DNA of 64,000 nt from an uncultured Gemmatimonadota bacterium (lineage in GTDB: Bacteria; SM23-81; DAOVCL01). The position numbers were made by a program, and so were the translations under genes. Shown here in pieces: positions 40,001-48,353 of the stretch (position 1 is its first letter; the number at the start of each line of letters is the position of its first letter). The stretch spans positions 141,914 to 205,913 of the forward strand of contig CAZVGK010000001.1 in the NCBI GenBank assembly GCA_964626665.1, in the 5' to 3' direction. The notes beneath the pieces are model-generated. The model did not search any database. It had not been told where the DNA came from and saw only the letters and a program-made list of their open reading frames with translations.

Positions 40001-41471
40001 TATCCTCGGTGACGAACCACGGCTTATTCCAACCATTGTAGCCACCAGATGGGGCATTATAGGAGTCTCCGTGATCCCGATGATTGACTAAGAAACATCC
40101 CTGGTTGATCGCATCGATCACGTCCTGGGTGGTGCCATCGAAGGTCAGATGCCCCGGGATGGGATCTCCATTGTGGTAGTACTGAGGGGTTGACCCTATT
40201 GAGCAGGTGTAAACCCTCTGACGGTCATACCCCTCGCCCTCTAAGAAATCCTGGACCACCTCAGAGGTGTAAATGAAAAACCTGTCCTCCCGGCCATCAG
40301 GTTTGAAGTCCTCGAAATGGCCCGCCAACAGAACCCGGTTGAACCACTCCGAGCTTGTTGTATACGGATCCCGCTCATACCCCAGGATCTTGTCCACGAC
40401 TATCCCGATATCCGACTCATCCACCGGCAACCTCCCCACCAGGATATCGGGGAAATCGACCAACTGAGTGTCAGGTGGGTCGTTCTCTGTATCGACTGTG
40501 GCGTAGTAGAGATCAGTCCCGACCTTTTCGTCTCCAAATGGATGAGGATACTTGTAATGGACTGGTAGAAGATCTGCATCGCCGACCAGAAGGAGAAAAG
40601 ATGGGGCCGGATCCCAGGTGTCATAGGCAACCTGGACATAATCGGCGATCTGGTCAGCCGTGGGATCACCCCCTAACTCCGAGAGCTTGACGACTCTGGT
40701 CTTGAGTCCTGTCCGCTGCCTCCATTCAGCTAAAGGCAGGATCTCATCGTAAAGGTCGTCATGCACCATGATCAGGTAGTCCGCCCCGTCGCCACCCTTC
40801 CCCTTCCCCCCACCCACTGGTTCGTAGTTGAGGGCCAGCCTGTTGAGCATAGACCGAAAATGGGGGGAATCCTTGGGGCTGGCCACGGATCCGGCACCAC
40901 TCACGCTCACCCTGAGCTCGGGATAGACCCTCAACTGCCCGGTAACAGGATTGTGCTGCACCGGGTAGAGGATGACCAGGACAAGCCTATGACCCCGAAG
41001 TACCCTGGGAAAGCTGAGGGCGACTATGTTCTTCGGGTAAAAGCCGTCCTCGGAATATAGGGAGTCATCCCTGACGAACTCGGTCGTGTCGTCCCACTCG
41101 ATCCGTGGCTCCTGGGCCGGATAGACCAGATACCCATCCAGGATCTGACTGGTCGAGTCGATGATGGTGACCGTGGGCTCGACCCCGGGCTCGATCTCCA
41201 TCAGTATGGCCACGGTGGGGAGCTCTGGCCGGCCGATCTCGGCGATATGCCCGCCGCCGGAAAACCTCAGCAGTTGATAGGTATCCCCCTCGGCCTCCAT
41301 GTCGTGGCTGATCAGACCATATGTCTCCAGCTCGATGATTTCCGAGCCAGAAAGGGTAATCTGCGGCCTGGTCGGAGTGGTCGCATCCCCAAAGGAGACC
41401 CACATTCCGTAACCAGCGCTGGGGACAAATCCCAGCAAGGCCACCACTATAAGAAAACGAATCGCCTTCAT
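37026..41471 (-). CDS. Secreted multidomain gingipain-like cysteine peptidase (family C25 fold) with parallel beta-helix repeats and a Por/T9SS-type C-terminal sorting domain
   Basis: Signal peptide; His region VNHRDHGDS and Cys region LPVMFSINCRTGWFDG with ...LGDPALRIWTGVP, resembling the gingipain catalytic domain; Asn/Gly/Ile-rich beta-helix repeats; C-terminus LSQNYPNPFN...IYNIKGQLVKTLVD...GIYFCRFQAGDFSLTRKMVLLK. Confidence 0.75.
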   Translation of the reverse strand: MKAIRFLIVVALLGFVPSAGYGMWVSFGDATTPTRPQITLSGSEIIELETYGLISHDMEAEGDTYQLLRFSGGGHIAEIGRPELPTVAILMEIEPGVEPTVTIIDSTSQILDGYLVYPAQEPRIEWDDTTEFVRDDSLYSEDGFYPKNIVALSFPRVLRGHRLVLVILYPVQHNPVTGQLRVYPELRVSVSGAGSVASPKDSPHFRSMLNRLALNYEPVGGGKGKGGDGADYLIMVHDDLYDEILPLAEWRQRTGLKTRVVKLSELGGDPTADQIADYVQVAYDTWDPAPSFLLLVGDADLLPVHYKYPHPFGDEKVGTDLYYATVDTENDPPDTQLVDFPDILVGRLPVDESDIGIVVDKILGYERDPYTTSSEWFNRVLLAGHFEDFKPDGREDRFFIYTSEVVQDFLEGEGYDRQRVYTCSIGSTPQYYHNGDPIPGHLTFDGTTQDVIDAINQGCFLVNHRDHGDSYNAPSGGYNGWNKPWFVTEDIPSLGNGDKLPVMFSINCRTGWFDGETDLDSPDYLITDCLGEALLKAQGKGVVGFIGSTRISYSGYNDELCKGFYDAIWDDFDPGYCGTQIGSPTDRLGAILNYGKFWMFDKYVLTGGAGYPSKWAPTPEVTRVEFEDFHVLGDPALRIWTGVPQPLAVSHPCFYQIGPSSITINAGVPDALVCLWKESEDYHEIQYTDANGEATFNTSFSTYDELKVTVTKHNNIPYETELACGVHGHITENTTWSGDIYVYGDVTVDDGALLTIDPGVTVYFSANSDVQNIGLYPDKCELLVDGALRAIGVDDYEITFCSSNTSAPSISDWGGISTHIGDGGNLTLNFCAIKDAYQGVWFNSFATISNSEISHCQYAVVANGWGEISHNKITVENEGLACSPTSNYLTISNNSILGNGDDTYGILCWGSSSHLCKIRSNTITDMSHFGIGCMFSASPDIERNLLTNNNIAVQCTLQCCPNIINNTIPGNNTGIRCIDNCYLTITNTIITSNSDYGIYSDVDLFPNISYNDLWGNGVNYQGCAVGREDISADPMFLNSANGDYHLQAGSPCIDTGYPLSPKDPDGTRADMGAFYHHHSPYNGCPYVFTWDGEKSVEDNNLLPLAELLENEGKDISDYYQLQQPLVPEDGNYYLELREFENEHSWIDQLQLMAVEHPSEVKVAVSTSGKILGYKKLTGPISAVDSLGGEFSKYVSAADGLVFRGRGGDELTVNFGQVKGIRKVALVIGGTVAKDQSKRRPKAEPMLIIGDDFPKSQTVLGISYRENKYTELVELPWRVSEGREVEVRLLWQIPYDLDFIGLVGAEDVSLKIRSCPLAKALHSANGSVLKSLLQPDGVYAELIPGQEVRLAFSAPKQLSDYERDFVLVTTGHYVREDKKSVPSCNESPVPSVFTLSQNYPNPFNLITEINYGLAGNTYVTLKIYNIKGQLVKTLVDEDKSSGYYKTYWDGKDRSGKEVTSGIYFCRFQAGDFSLTRKMVLLK

Positions 41472-41488
41472 CCTAACCTCCTTGACTT

Positions 41489-42703
41489 TTATCTCACCAA
41501 CATCAACTTCCTCACATTGGTGAGGGCTCTCCCTCTTCTGTTCTCAGCCCGCAACAGGCAAAGATATATCCCACTTGGTACTTCCTTCCCTCCCCCATCC
41601 CTCCCATCCCAGATCACCCGATGCTCTCCAGGTGGCTGTGGGCCATCCACCAGTGTCCGCACCACCTGTCCCAAGATGTTGTAGACCCTCAAGGTGGTTG
41701 GAACTGACCACTGACCACTGACCACTGGGGAAGGGAGGTGGTAGGGGATGACGGTACCCGAATTGAACGGGTTCGGATAGTTCTGGCCCAGGGCGAAAAA
41801 CCCTGGAACGATGGCCTTATCCTCAGATGGAACCCAATTGTGTGGCCTTGACCTGGGGTTTCTGACCCCATCGACCTCCCCAAATTGAGGACCTGTCGGC
41901 TCCGTGGAGGTGGTGGTGCAATCACCGTCGCCGATCGTGTCCACAGGAAAGCCAAGGGTGGTGTCGATATTCCCCTCACACTGCAGGTAGTTGCCGTCCA
42001 GGAAGCCCCCTCCCATGATGGTGTGGGATCCAAAGTTCCAACCGATGGTGAATATAATGTCGTTCTCCAACAACAAAGGATTGCTCGGTTCCAACCCAAA
42101 GAGCGCTCCTCCTCCTCCCGACCTCAAAAAGCAATATTCGATCACTGGAAAGGAAGAACTGTCACAGGCGACCAAAAACCCCCCCGTCTCAACCTGACTG
42201 CTCGTCCACATCAGCTTGCAGTGGGAGATGGTGGGAGAGGCGTTAGATATCTGGATCATTATACCCTCGGCACTGCTGGTGTGCTCCACCACACAGTACC
42301 TAAGAATGCACTCCGAATCCACACAGGTATCGTTAAATTTTATCCCCCCCCAGGCAGTCCAAGGCCACTCTTCACCATCGTCGGTGAAGCTAATCATCAC
42401 ATCTGGCTTCCCGCAGGCCTCTAAGGCCCCGTTGATGGTCAACCCAATAGCCTCCTCGAACTTCAACACCATCCCCGGATCTATGACCAGCTTGTCGTTG
42501 GCCGAGATGGTTAGGTTCCCACTTATCAGATAATACCCCTCATCCCGCCAGGTGACATCATCGGTAAGCTCGTCCACCATCTGCATGGTGTAAACCGTCC
42601 CATCCCCAGGGGAAACCCAATCGGCCCAGGCCAAAAGGGGGAAACACCAGATGATGCTGATAAAGACGATTAAACTCCTCCATTCTCTCATCCTCACCTC
42701 CAA
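41489..42703 (-). CDS. Secreted protein with Por/T9SS-type C-terminal sorting domain; central domain not assigned
   Basis: Signal peptide; C-terminus ALGQNYPNPFN...LRVYNILGQVVRTLVDGPQPPGEHRVIWDGRDGGGKEVPSGIYLC. Confidence 0.65.
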   Translation of the reverse strand: MEVRMREWRSLIVFISIIWCFPLLAWADWVSPGDGTVYTMQMVDELTDDVTWRDEGYYLISGNLTISANDKLVIDPGMVLKFEEAIGLTINGALEACGKPDVMISFTDDGEEWPWTAWGGIKFNDTCVDSECILRYCVVEHTSSAEGIMIQISNASPTISHCKLMWTSSQVETGGFLVACDSSSFPVIEYCFLRSGGGGALFGLEPSNPLLLENDIIFTIGWNFGSHTIMGGGFLDGNYLQCEGNIDTTLGFPVDTIGDGDCTTTSTEPTGPQFGEVDGVRNPRSRPHNWVPSEDKAIVPGFFALGQNYPNPFNSGTVIPYHLPSPVVSGQWSVPTTLRVYNILGQVVRTLVDGPQPPGEHRVIWDGRDGGGKEVPSGIYLCLLRAENRRGRALTNVRKLMLVR

Positions 42704-42790
42704 TTCCTTACCTCACCAATATCAACTTCCTCACGTTGGTGAGAGCTCTTCCTCTTCTGTAATATAGGGACACTTCCCAATAATTGTTAA
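42704..42790. repeat. Duplicate of the 404-aa gene 3' end plus junction (ghost of a CTD gene 3' end)
   Basis: 42691-42790 aligns with 41461-41560 (…ctcaccaaYatcaacttcctcacRttggtgagRgctctYcctcttctg…); on the - strand it would encode ...RALTNVRKLILVR-stop. Confidence 0.6.
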
Positions 42791-42935
42791 GTCCTCAAGC
42801 ACTATCGTCCCCTCTGTCTCCCTCGCTTATCTTTTCACCTTTGTACCAAATCTCTATAAGCCTTTGTCTTTCGTATTTTCGATCTCTGAATTCTTTTTGC
42901 CCACTCCTGTAGATTCTTTTATCCGCGTCACCTGT

Positions 42936-42959
42936 CCCGCACTTATGCATAAGTGCGGG
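42936..42959. repeat. Perfect 24-nt palindrome in the rplW-CTD gene spacer
   Basis: cccgcacttatgca|tgcataagtgcggg. Confidence 0.5.
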
Positions 42960-43104
42960 GTGAATATTCCAAAGCTCTACAGGTCAAGGGTTCTTAGGGC
43001 TTAAGCTCCTTCGCCGGACTTGGATAGAAGGGGCCTCAAAAGGCCCTTAACCTTGCACTAAAGTGCGGCAGAATGGACATTCCTCTAAGTTCCCAAAGGT
43101 CAGA

Positions 43105-43150
43105 GATCGGTCTTTAAGGATCCTCATTCTTAATTCAAAATTCTTAATTG
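43105..43150. repeat. Short AT-rich repeat downstream of rplW, shared with 36840-36900
   Basis: aggatcctcattcttaattcaaaattcttaattgcc; the ttcttaattg module also occurs at 1160-1180 and, inverted, at 32275-32295. Confidence 0.5.
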
Positions 43151-43153
43151 CCT

Positions 43154-43444
43154 TTACCCCCCCTCAAAGATGCTGATGATGTCTCCTTCCTTTAGTTTGA
43201 CAATAGCCTTCTTCCAATTTGACCGCCTGCCCTCGTATCTTCCCATTCTCTTCGGTTTCCCCTTCATGAGCATAGTCTTTACATCCAGGACATTCACCCG
43301 AAAGAGCTTCTCCACTGCCCACTTCACCTCTATCTTGTTAGCCCTTCTATCGACCACAAAGGCATATTGATTGCTCGCTTCCTTGAGATTGTTGCTCTTC
43401 TCCGTGATATAAGGCCTTTTGATGATTGTGCGGGGGTCTCTCAT
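43154..43444 (-). CDS. rplW: 50S ribosomal protein L23
   Basis: IIKRPYITEKSNNLKEASNQYAFVVDRRANKIEVKWAVEKLFRVNV. Confidence 0.9.
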   Translation of the reverse strand: MRDPRTIIKRPYITEKSNNLKEASNQYAFVVDRRANKIEVKWAVEKLFRVNVLDVKTMLMKGKPKRMGRYEGRRSNWKKAIVKLKEGDIISIFEGG

Positions 43445-44067
43445 GATAAAGCCTCCTTAAGGGTCGAAATGGCCTCTGGGGTGATAAGGAGGAAATCTGA
43501 ATTTAATATCTCATAGGCATTGGTATTCATAGCCGTTCGTAACTTTAAGCCCGCGAGGTTAGAGGTTGCCCGGAGAAGGTTGTGGTCAGCAGAGACCACC
43601 AGCAAAAGGCCCTTCTTCCCCTTTAACCCTAATCTTTCCAAGAAGGAGGCGAAGGCCTTTGTCTTTGGCGACTCCAGTTTTACCTCATCTAATCCCCAGA
43701 CTGCACCCCTTTGGGCCAGGGAGGAAAGGGCGGATTTGAGGGCTAACCGCCTCATTTTTTTGGGAATTTCCTTGTGCCTGGGGTGAGGAGAAGGACCAAA
43801 GGTTTTGCCCCCACCCACCCAGAGGGGAGAGTTGGAGCTTCCTGCCCTTGCCCTTCCGGTGCCCTTCTGTCTCCAGGGCTTGGCCCCTCCCCCCTTCATT
43901 TGGGAGCGGCCTTTAGCCATTGCTGTCCCCTGGCCCTGGTTATAGGAGTAGGCCTTAAGGTAGGCATAAAGGGCCCCTTGGTTAGGGGCGATCTCAAAGA
44001 CCTCTTTGGGGAGCTTCAAACTACCTATCTCTTCCCCGTTAAGGGAGTAGTGGGGGATCTCTTTCAT
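43441..44067 (-). CDS. rplD: 50S ribosomal protein L4
   Basis: GGGAKPWRQKGTGRARAGSSNSPLWVGGGKTFGP. Confidence 0.95.
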   Translation of the reverse strand: MKEIPHYSLNGEEIGSLKLPKEVFEIAPNQGALYAYLKAYSYNQGQGTAMAKGRSQMKGGGAKPWRQKGTGRARAGSSNSPLWVGGGKTFGPSPHPRHKEIPKKMRRLALKSALSSLAQRGAVWGLDEVKLESPKTKAFASFLERLGLKGKKGLLLVVSADHNLLRATSNLAGLKLRTAMNTNAYEILNSDFLLITPEAISTLKEALS

Positions 44068-44687
44068 CCTTGAACCTTTCTGACAATGAGGTAGCTCTGG
44101 GGTGGCCCGGGAAGAGATCCCTTGATGGCCAATAGATTCTTTTCAGGGATGAGCTTAACTAAGACTGAATTGCGCACAGTTACCCTTCTCCCTCCAGTCT
44201 TCCCCGCCATCTTTGTCCCCTTATAGACCCGGGAGGGACTGGAGGAGGCACCGATGGAACCTGGCGCCCGATGCCTGTCTGACTGCCCATGAGTCTTTGG
44301 CCCTCCCCGAAAGCCATATTTTTTCACTACGCCCATAAACCCCTTCCCCTTGGATATTCCCACCACATCCACGGTCTCCCCTGGGGAAAAGATATCCGCT
44401 TTTATCTCGGTTCCCACTTTCATCTCCTCCCCCCAGTCCTTAAATTCCCGCAATATCCGATAGCTGGTTACCCCGGCCCCTTTGAAATGGCCCAAGAGGG
44501 GTTTGGTTACCTTCTTCTCCTTGATGGGCTCAAAGCCCAATTGCAGGGCGCTGTAGTCGTCCCTCTCCGGGGTCTTTACCTGCACGACTTGGCAGGGGCC
44601 AGCCTCGACCAAGGTCACTGGTAGGGATTTTCCGTCCTCTCCGAAGATGGTGGTCATCCCCAATTTTTTGCCGATTATTCCCCTCAT
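44064..44687 (-). CDS. rplC: 50S ribosomal protein L3
   Basis: MRGIIGKKLGMTTIFGEDG...; FRGGPKTHGQSDRHRAPGSIG. Confidence 0.95.
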   Translation of the reverse strand: MRGIIGKKLGMTTIFGEDGKSLPVTLVEAGPCQVVQVKTPERDDYSALQLGFEPIKEKKVTKPLLGHFKGAGVTSYRILREFKDWGEEMKVGTEIKADIFSPGETVDVVGISKGKGFMGVVKKYGFRGGPKTHGQSDRHRAPGSIGASSSPSRVYKGTKMAGKTGGRRVTVRNSVLVKLIPEKNLLAIKGSLPGPPQSYLIVRKVQG

Positions 44688-44690
44688 CGC

Positions 44691-44999
44691 TCAGACTCTT
44701 ATCTCCACATCCACTCCGGCAGGAAGGTCTAACCTCATCAAGGAGTCTACCGTCTGAGGAGTGGTATCTTCAATGTCTATAAGCCTTTTGTGGATTCTGG
44801 TCTCAAATTGCTCCCGGGATTTTTTGTCCACATGGGGGGAGCGTAAAACAGTATAGATGGACCGCTTGGTGGGTAGAGGTATGGGACCTAAGACCTTGGC
44901 CCCTGCCCTCTTAGCTGCCCTGACGATCTCACCGGTTGAGCGGTCAAGCATCACATGATCATAGGCTTTTAGCCTAATTCTTATCTTCTGGCCTGGCAC
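44691..44999 (-). CDS. rpsJ: 30S ribosomal protein S10 (GTG start)
   Basis: [43 protein letters not shown]; GGAGG RBS. Confidence 0.95.
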   Translation of the reverse strand: MPGQKIRIRLKAYDHVMLDRSTGEIVRAAKRAGAKVLGPIPLPTKRSIYTVLRSPHVDKKSREQFETRIHKRLIDIEDTTPQTVDSLMRLDLPAGVDVEIRV

Positions 45000-45041
45000 C
45001 TATTAACCTCCTCTTTCTTGAGACTGAAACTCATCAAGATA

Positions 45042-46934
45042 CTATTTGAGAAGCGCCATCTTTTTAGCAACTTTAACATCCCCAGCTTGGATTTTATAAA
45101 AATAAACCCCACTTGCCACCTCTTGCCCATTGTCGTCTCTTCCTCCCCAACAGATATTATACCGGCCGGCTCTTTGTCTCTCATCTACTAAGGTTTTAAC
45201 CTTCTGTCCTAAGAGATTGTAAACAACCAAACTCACCTGGGCATCCATCGGAAGTTCATAGCCTATCTCGGTCTCCGGGTTGAAAGGATTGGGGAAATTC
45301 TGGGCCACAAAAAACTCCTTTGGCAATTTTTCGTCTTCATTGGGTTCTACAAACACTTCGACTGAGTAAGACGCCTCCATAACCCCCCAGATGTTATAGA
45401 CCTCGATGGTTATTGTGCTGTCCCAAACTTCATCCATAGGATCTTCGTAACTAAAGGTGAAGCCTGTCACTTGGTCATTAGGCGGATAACCTCCAAAGTC
45501 AGTTGGATGAATGGTTATCCCATTATGTGTGGGGTTGTCGTCCCCACAGTTGTGTTGGTCATCATAGTCCACATACTTATCATAACTCCATCCTCCTGTG
45601 CCCGAGCCGTATACCCGCACCCTATTCAGATCAAGTTCGTTCCCAGGCACTGTCACCCAAAAAGAGGCTCTCGGCGAATGGGAGCTAACACCCCATATGG
45701 TCATATTTTCAGTATCTGTATGGGGCAAAACATTCATCGGGTTCCTTAAGTAAGAAAAGGCGGTTCCACCCAGGTAATCCTCAGCATGTAAGTGATCAAG
45801 CCCAATATGCCTAATCCCTCCAATTCTGGTCAGTCCAGCAAAAACACTATCTCCAAAATTTACACTGGGATTTACATGCACATATTCCATACGCTGATTT
45901 GGAATCACAGCATCTCTAATCCTAACCGACTGGCTGCCTATGTGATCAACAACACCGGTAAAAACAGCGTAAACATCATCCTCTGTCGCAGGATTATCAT
46001 CATCATCAATGTCAAGTCCGCCATGCCAATCAAAGGTAGTGTCATTCCCAGAGATTAGGATTCTCGGCCCAAAGGGACTGGTTAAACTATGAAGGGGTGT
46101 GGTGTTTCGAGACAAAGGCCAGTAATAATTCTCCGTTCTAATTCTCAGAATAACATCGTCAACAAATGCGCCTTTATGTGTCTGAGTGCCATCGCTTTCG
46201 AAAGCAAACGCTATCCAAACTTGAGGGTGACCACAAACATTACCTATGTCAGGGACATTGGTCAGATCGAAGTTTTCAAAGCGCCAGACATCCCCTCCAT
46301 CGCCATAGGCCGCATAACCTGAGAAATTTGTGCCATCGATTGATGCAAGTCGAGAGAACATATCAGCTTCGTACATCGTACGACACCAATAATAAAAGTG
46401 CAGCTCCGCATCGGTGACGTTGCCAACACTAAGGTCGCAAGGACCCCAAATCATAAAGGTGAGAACATTATTGGCATAATCATCAAACTCTGGATCAAGG
46501 CCATTTACCCCATCCCGGCAACACCATGCACTATATTTTCCTGAATGAGGATTATAGTCATCTTTACCCCATAAATGACCGGTGGGATTGCCTGTGTGCC
46601 CAACATCTCGGCGGCTCCAAGCATATCTGGGAAAAGACGATTCGAAATCTTCGGTCATAATGTTAACCCAATGTGGCAGAAGGAGGGCATCATTCCCATC
46701 TTTGATGTTTCCATTCTGGCTGTTTCCCATATGTATAATGCGTACACTTTCTGAAAGTTCTGAATTTTTGCCACAAGAAACCAATGCTTTATCTCCATCC
46801 AGCAATTGATAGTGAATCTTCTGCGAGCTGACAAATTCCCCGATTTCAACTTTAGCTAAAGCAACGGTAGCACCTATTAGAGGAAACCCTATTATAAAAG
46901 AAGCACATATTCCTAATTTCCAATGAACCTGCAT
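45042..46934 (-). CDS. Secreted protein with a possible M23-like metallopeptidase region and a Por/T9SS-type C-terminal sorting domain
   Basis: Signal peptide; HGGLDI and LDHLHAE resemble the M23 HxxxD and HxH motifs (tentative); C-terminus FFVAQNFPNPFN...VYNLLGQKVKTLVD...GVYFYKIQAGDVKVAKKMALLK; AT-rich third codon positions. Confidence 0.6.
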   Translation of the reverse strand: MQVHWKLGICASFIIGFPLIGATVALAKVEIGEFVSSQKIHYQLLDGDKALVSCGKNSELSESVRIIHMGNSQNGNIKDGNDALLLPHWVNIMTEDFESSFPRYAWSRRDVGHTGNPTGHLWGKDDYNPHSGKYSAWCCRDGVNGLDPEFDDYANNVLTFMIWGPCDLSVGNVTDAELHFYYWCRTMYEADMFSRLASIDGTNFSGYAAYGDGGDVWRFENFDLTNVPDIGNVCGHPQVWIAFAFESDGTQTHKGAFVDDVILRIRTENYYWPLSRNTTPLHSLTSPFGPRILISGNDTTFDWHGGLDIDDDDNPATEDDVYAVFTGVVDHIGSQSVRIRDAVIPNQRMEYVHVNPSVNFGDSVFAGLTRIGGIRHIGLDHLHAEDYLGGTAFSYLRNPMNVLPHTDTENMTIWGVSSHSPRASFWVTVPGNELDLNRVRVYGSGTGGWSYDKYVDYDDQHNCGDDNPTHNGITIHPTDFGGYPPNDQVTGFTFSYEDPMDEVWDSTITIEVYNIWGVMEASYSVEVFVEPNEDEKLPKEFFVAQNFPNPFNPETEIGYELPMDAQVSLVVYNLLGQKVKTLVDERQRAGRYNICWGGRDDNGQEVASGVYFYKIQAGDVKVAKKMALLK

Positions 46935-46952
46935 AACTCCCCCTACTCTAAG

Positions 46953-48353
46953 TCAAAGACTAGCCTTAACTTTTTGAACCACTTTTCTTCCCCTATCCAA
47001 AATGATGAAAGACCTCATCCCATTTTCGTAACTCATCATAGGGAGGATGCGAACTGTGTCATAAGACTTCTTGCATATTTCACCTGTTTCTAAACTAAAG
47101 ATAACGGCAACCTCCTCAAATTTTAAGCTAACTCTCTCCCTTCTGCGCATCGTAGTAACAAAGCTCTTGTTAATGGTAGATGCGCAACATTGATGCCAAT
47201 AACTATTCCAGTCTTTCCCTAAAACTTTTCTCCATCTTCTTTTTCCAGTAAGAAGATCAAAGATATCTATCGTAGATGGAGGCCCACTTTCGGCAAGGAG
47301 ACTCTTAGAGTCGTCAATAAAACAGAACCAGTTTAATCCTCCTACTTTTTCTATCCGCCTTTCGGGCCCCATTGCTGCCTCTATCGTCACAAAGTCTTTG
47401 CTGTTCCACAATATATCCCCTTCATTGCTTAATACTACCAGTCTCCTCTCCCCGCCGCTTCTCTCTTCACCCGGAAGATTGGAATAGTCCACCGCAATGG
47501 CCATAAACTTCCCACTTTCACTCACCTCAAGTTGCGGTATTTCTGTTGGATTAAAAAACAATCTAAAGTGAAGGGGATCTCCTAATCTTTCACCAATATC
47601 AATTTCCCACTTCGTTTTTAAATTCTTTACATTAAAAAGAAGCAACTTGACATAAGGCCTTTCCAGGTTGTATCCCTTGAAATAGACGACTTCGCTGTCA
47701 TTTAAAAATGTGGCCACCCAATTAAATTCCGTGCGTATAATTTTAGAACCTCTCTCAATGGATTCCTTCCCTTTGTCCCACCATAACTCCTCACCAGTTC
47801 TATTATCAAAAACCCTGAAATATCCACCCCACCTTTCGACACCGCTTTTGTGAGTTGTTATGGCATAGTCACCTTTGGGCGATAAGGTGAGTCCTGGTGC
47901 AAAAAGAGGAGTCTCCCACTTGAGATTGCCATCCTTGTCGTAACTCTTCGTAATCACCCACTCACATCCGGCACGAGAATTTATGATTACTTCTCCCCCT
48001 TCCGCTGAGATCGACACATTATCCACTCCACCATAATATTCGCCACGTTCATCTGGCTTCAGGTCAAATCTCTTCTCCCACAAAATATTTCCATTAGGCC
48101 CCAAATAGTAAACAACACTGCAAAGGCCTTCCCTCTTATCAAAAATATCTGTCAGAACAACTATGTTCTCATTGCCAACCTGGATGTCTCGTATCTTGCC
48201 TCCAAATTCCCTTTCCCAAATCAGCTTTGAGTTGGGGAATAAGCCCTTTGCCGGCGATTCCGCTATGGCACTGCCTACCCACATCATCAACAACGCCAAT
48301 ACAGAGAGAGCCAGAACCCTCAGGATTCCTTTTCTCAACACTTGCTTCCCCAT
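46953..48353 (-). CDS. Hypothetical secreted or membrane-anchored protein (466 aa), possibly beta-propeller-like
   Basis: N-terminal signal/anchor (LRVLALSVLALLMMWVGSAIA); Trp/Gly-rich repeats; AT-rich codon usage like the neighbouring 630-aa gene; 18 bp upstream of it. Confidence 0.55.
   Translation of the reverse strand: MGKQVLRKGILRVLALSVLALLMMWVGSAIAESPAKGLFPNSKLIWEREFGGKIRDIQVGNENIVVLTDIFDKREGLCSVVYYLGPNGNILWEKRFDLKPDERGEYYGGVDNVSISAEGGEVIINSRAGCEWVITKSYDKDGNLKWETPLFAPGLTLSPKGDYAITTHKSGVERWGGYFRVFDNRTGEELWWDKGKESIERGSKIIRTEFNWVATFLNDSEVVYFKGYNLERPYVKLLLFNVKNLKTKWEIDIGERLGDPLHFRLFFNPTEIPQLEVSESGKFMAIAVDYSNLPGEERSGGERRLVVLSNEGDILWNSKDFVTIEAAMGPERRIEKVGGLNWFCFIDDSKSLLAESGPPSTIDIFDLLTGKRRWRKVLGKDWNSYWHQCCASTINKSFVTTMRRRERVSLKFEEVAVIFSLETGEICKKSYDTVRILPMMSYENGMRSFIILDRGRKVVQKVKASL

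Noticed and set aside
961-43150. Possibility that the recurring intergenic repeats form a CRISPR array
   Set aside because: Copies are tens of kilobases apart, in mixed orientation, of variable length and not separated by regular spacers; no cas genes seen.
37711-46849. Short ORFs in both orientations inside the large CTD-protein genes (for example 40355-40690, 41065-41403, 41885-42424, 45792-46058)
   Set aside because: Fully nested in or antisense to the long secreted-protein ORFs; no independent support.
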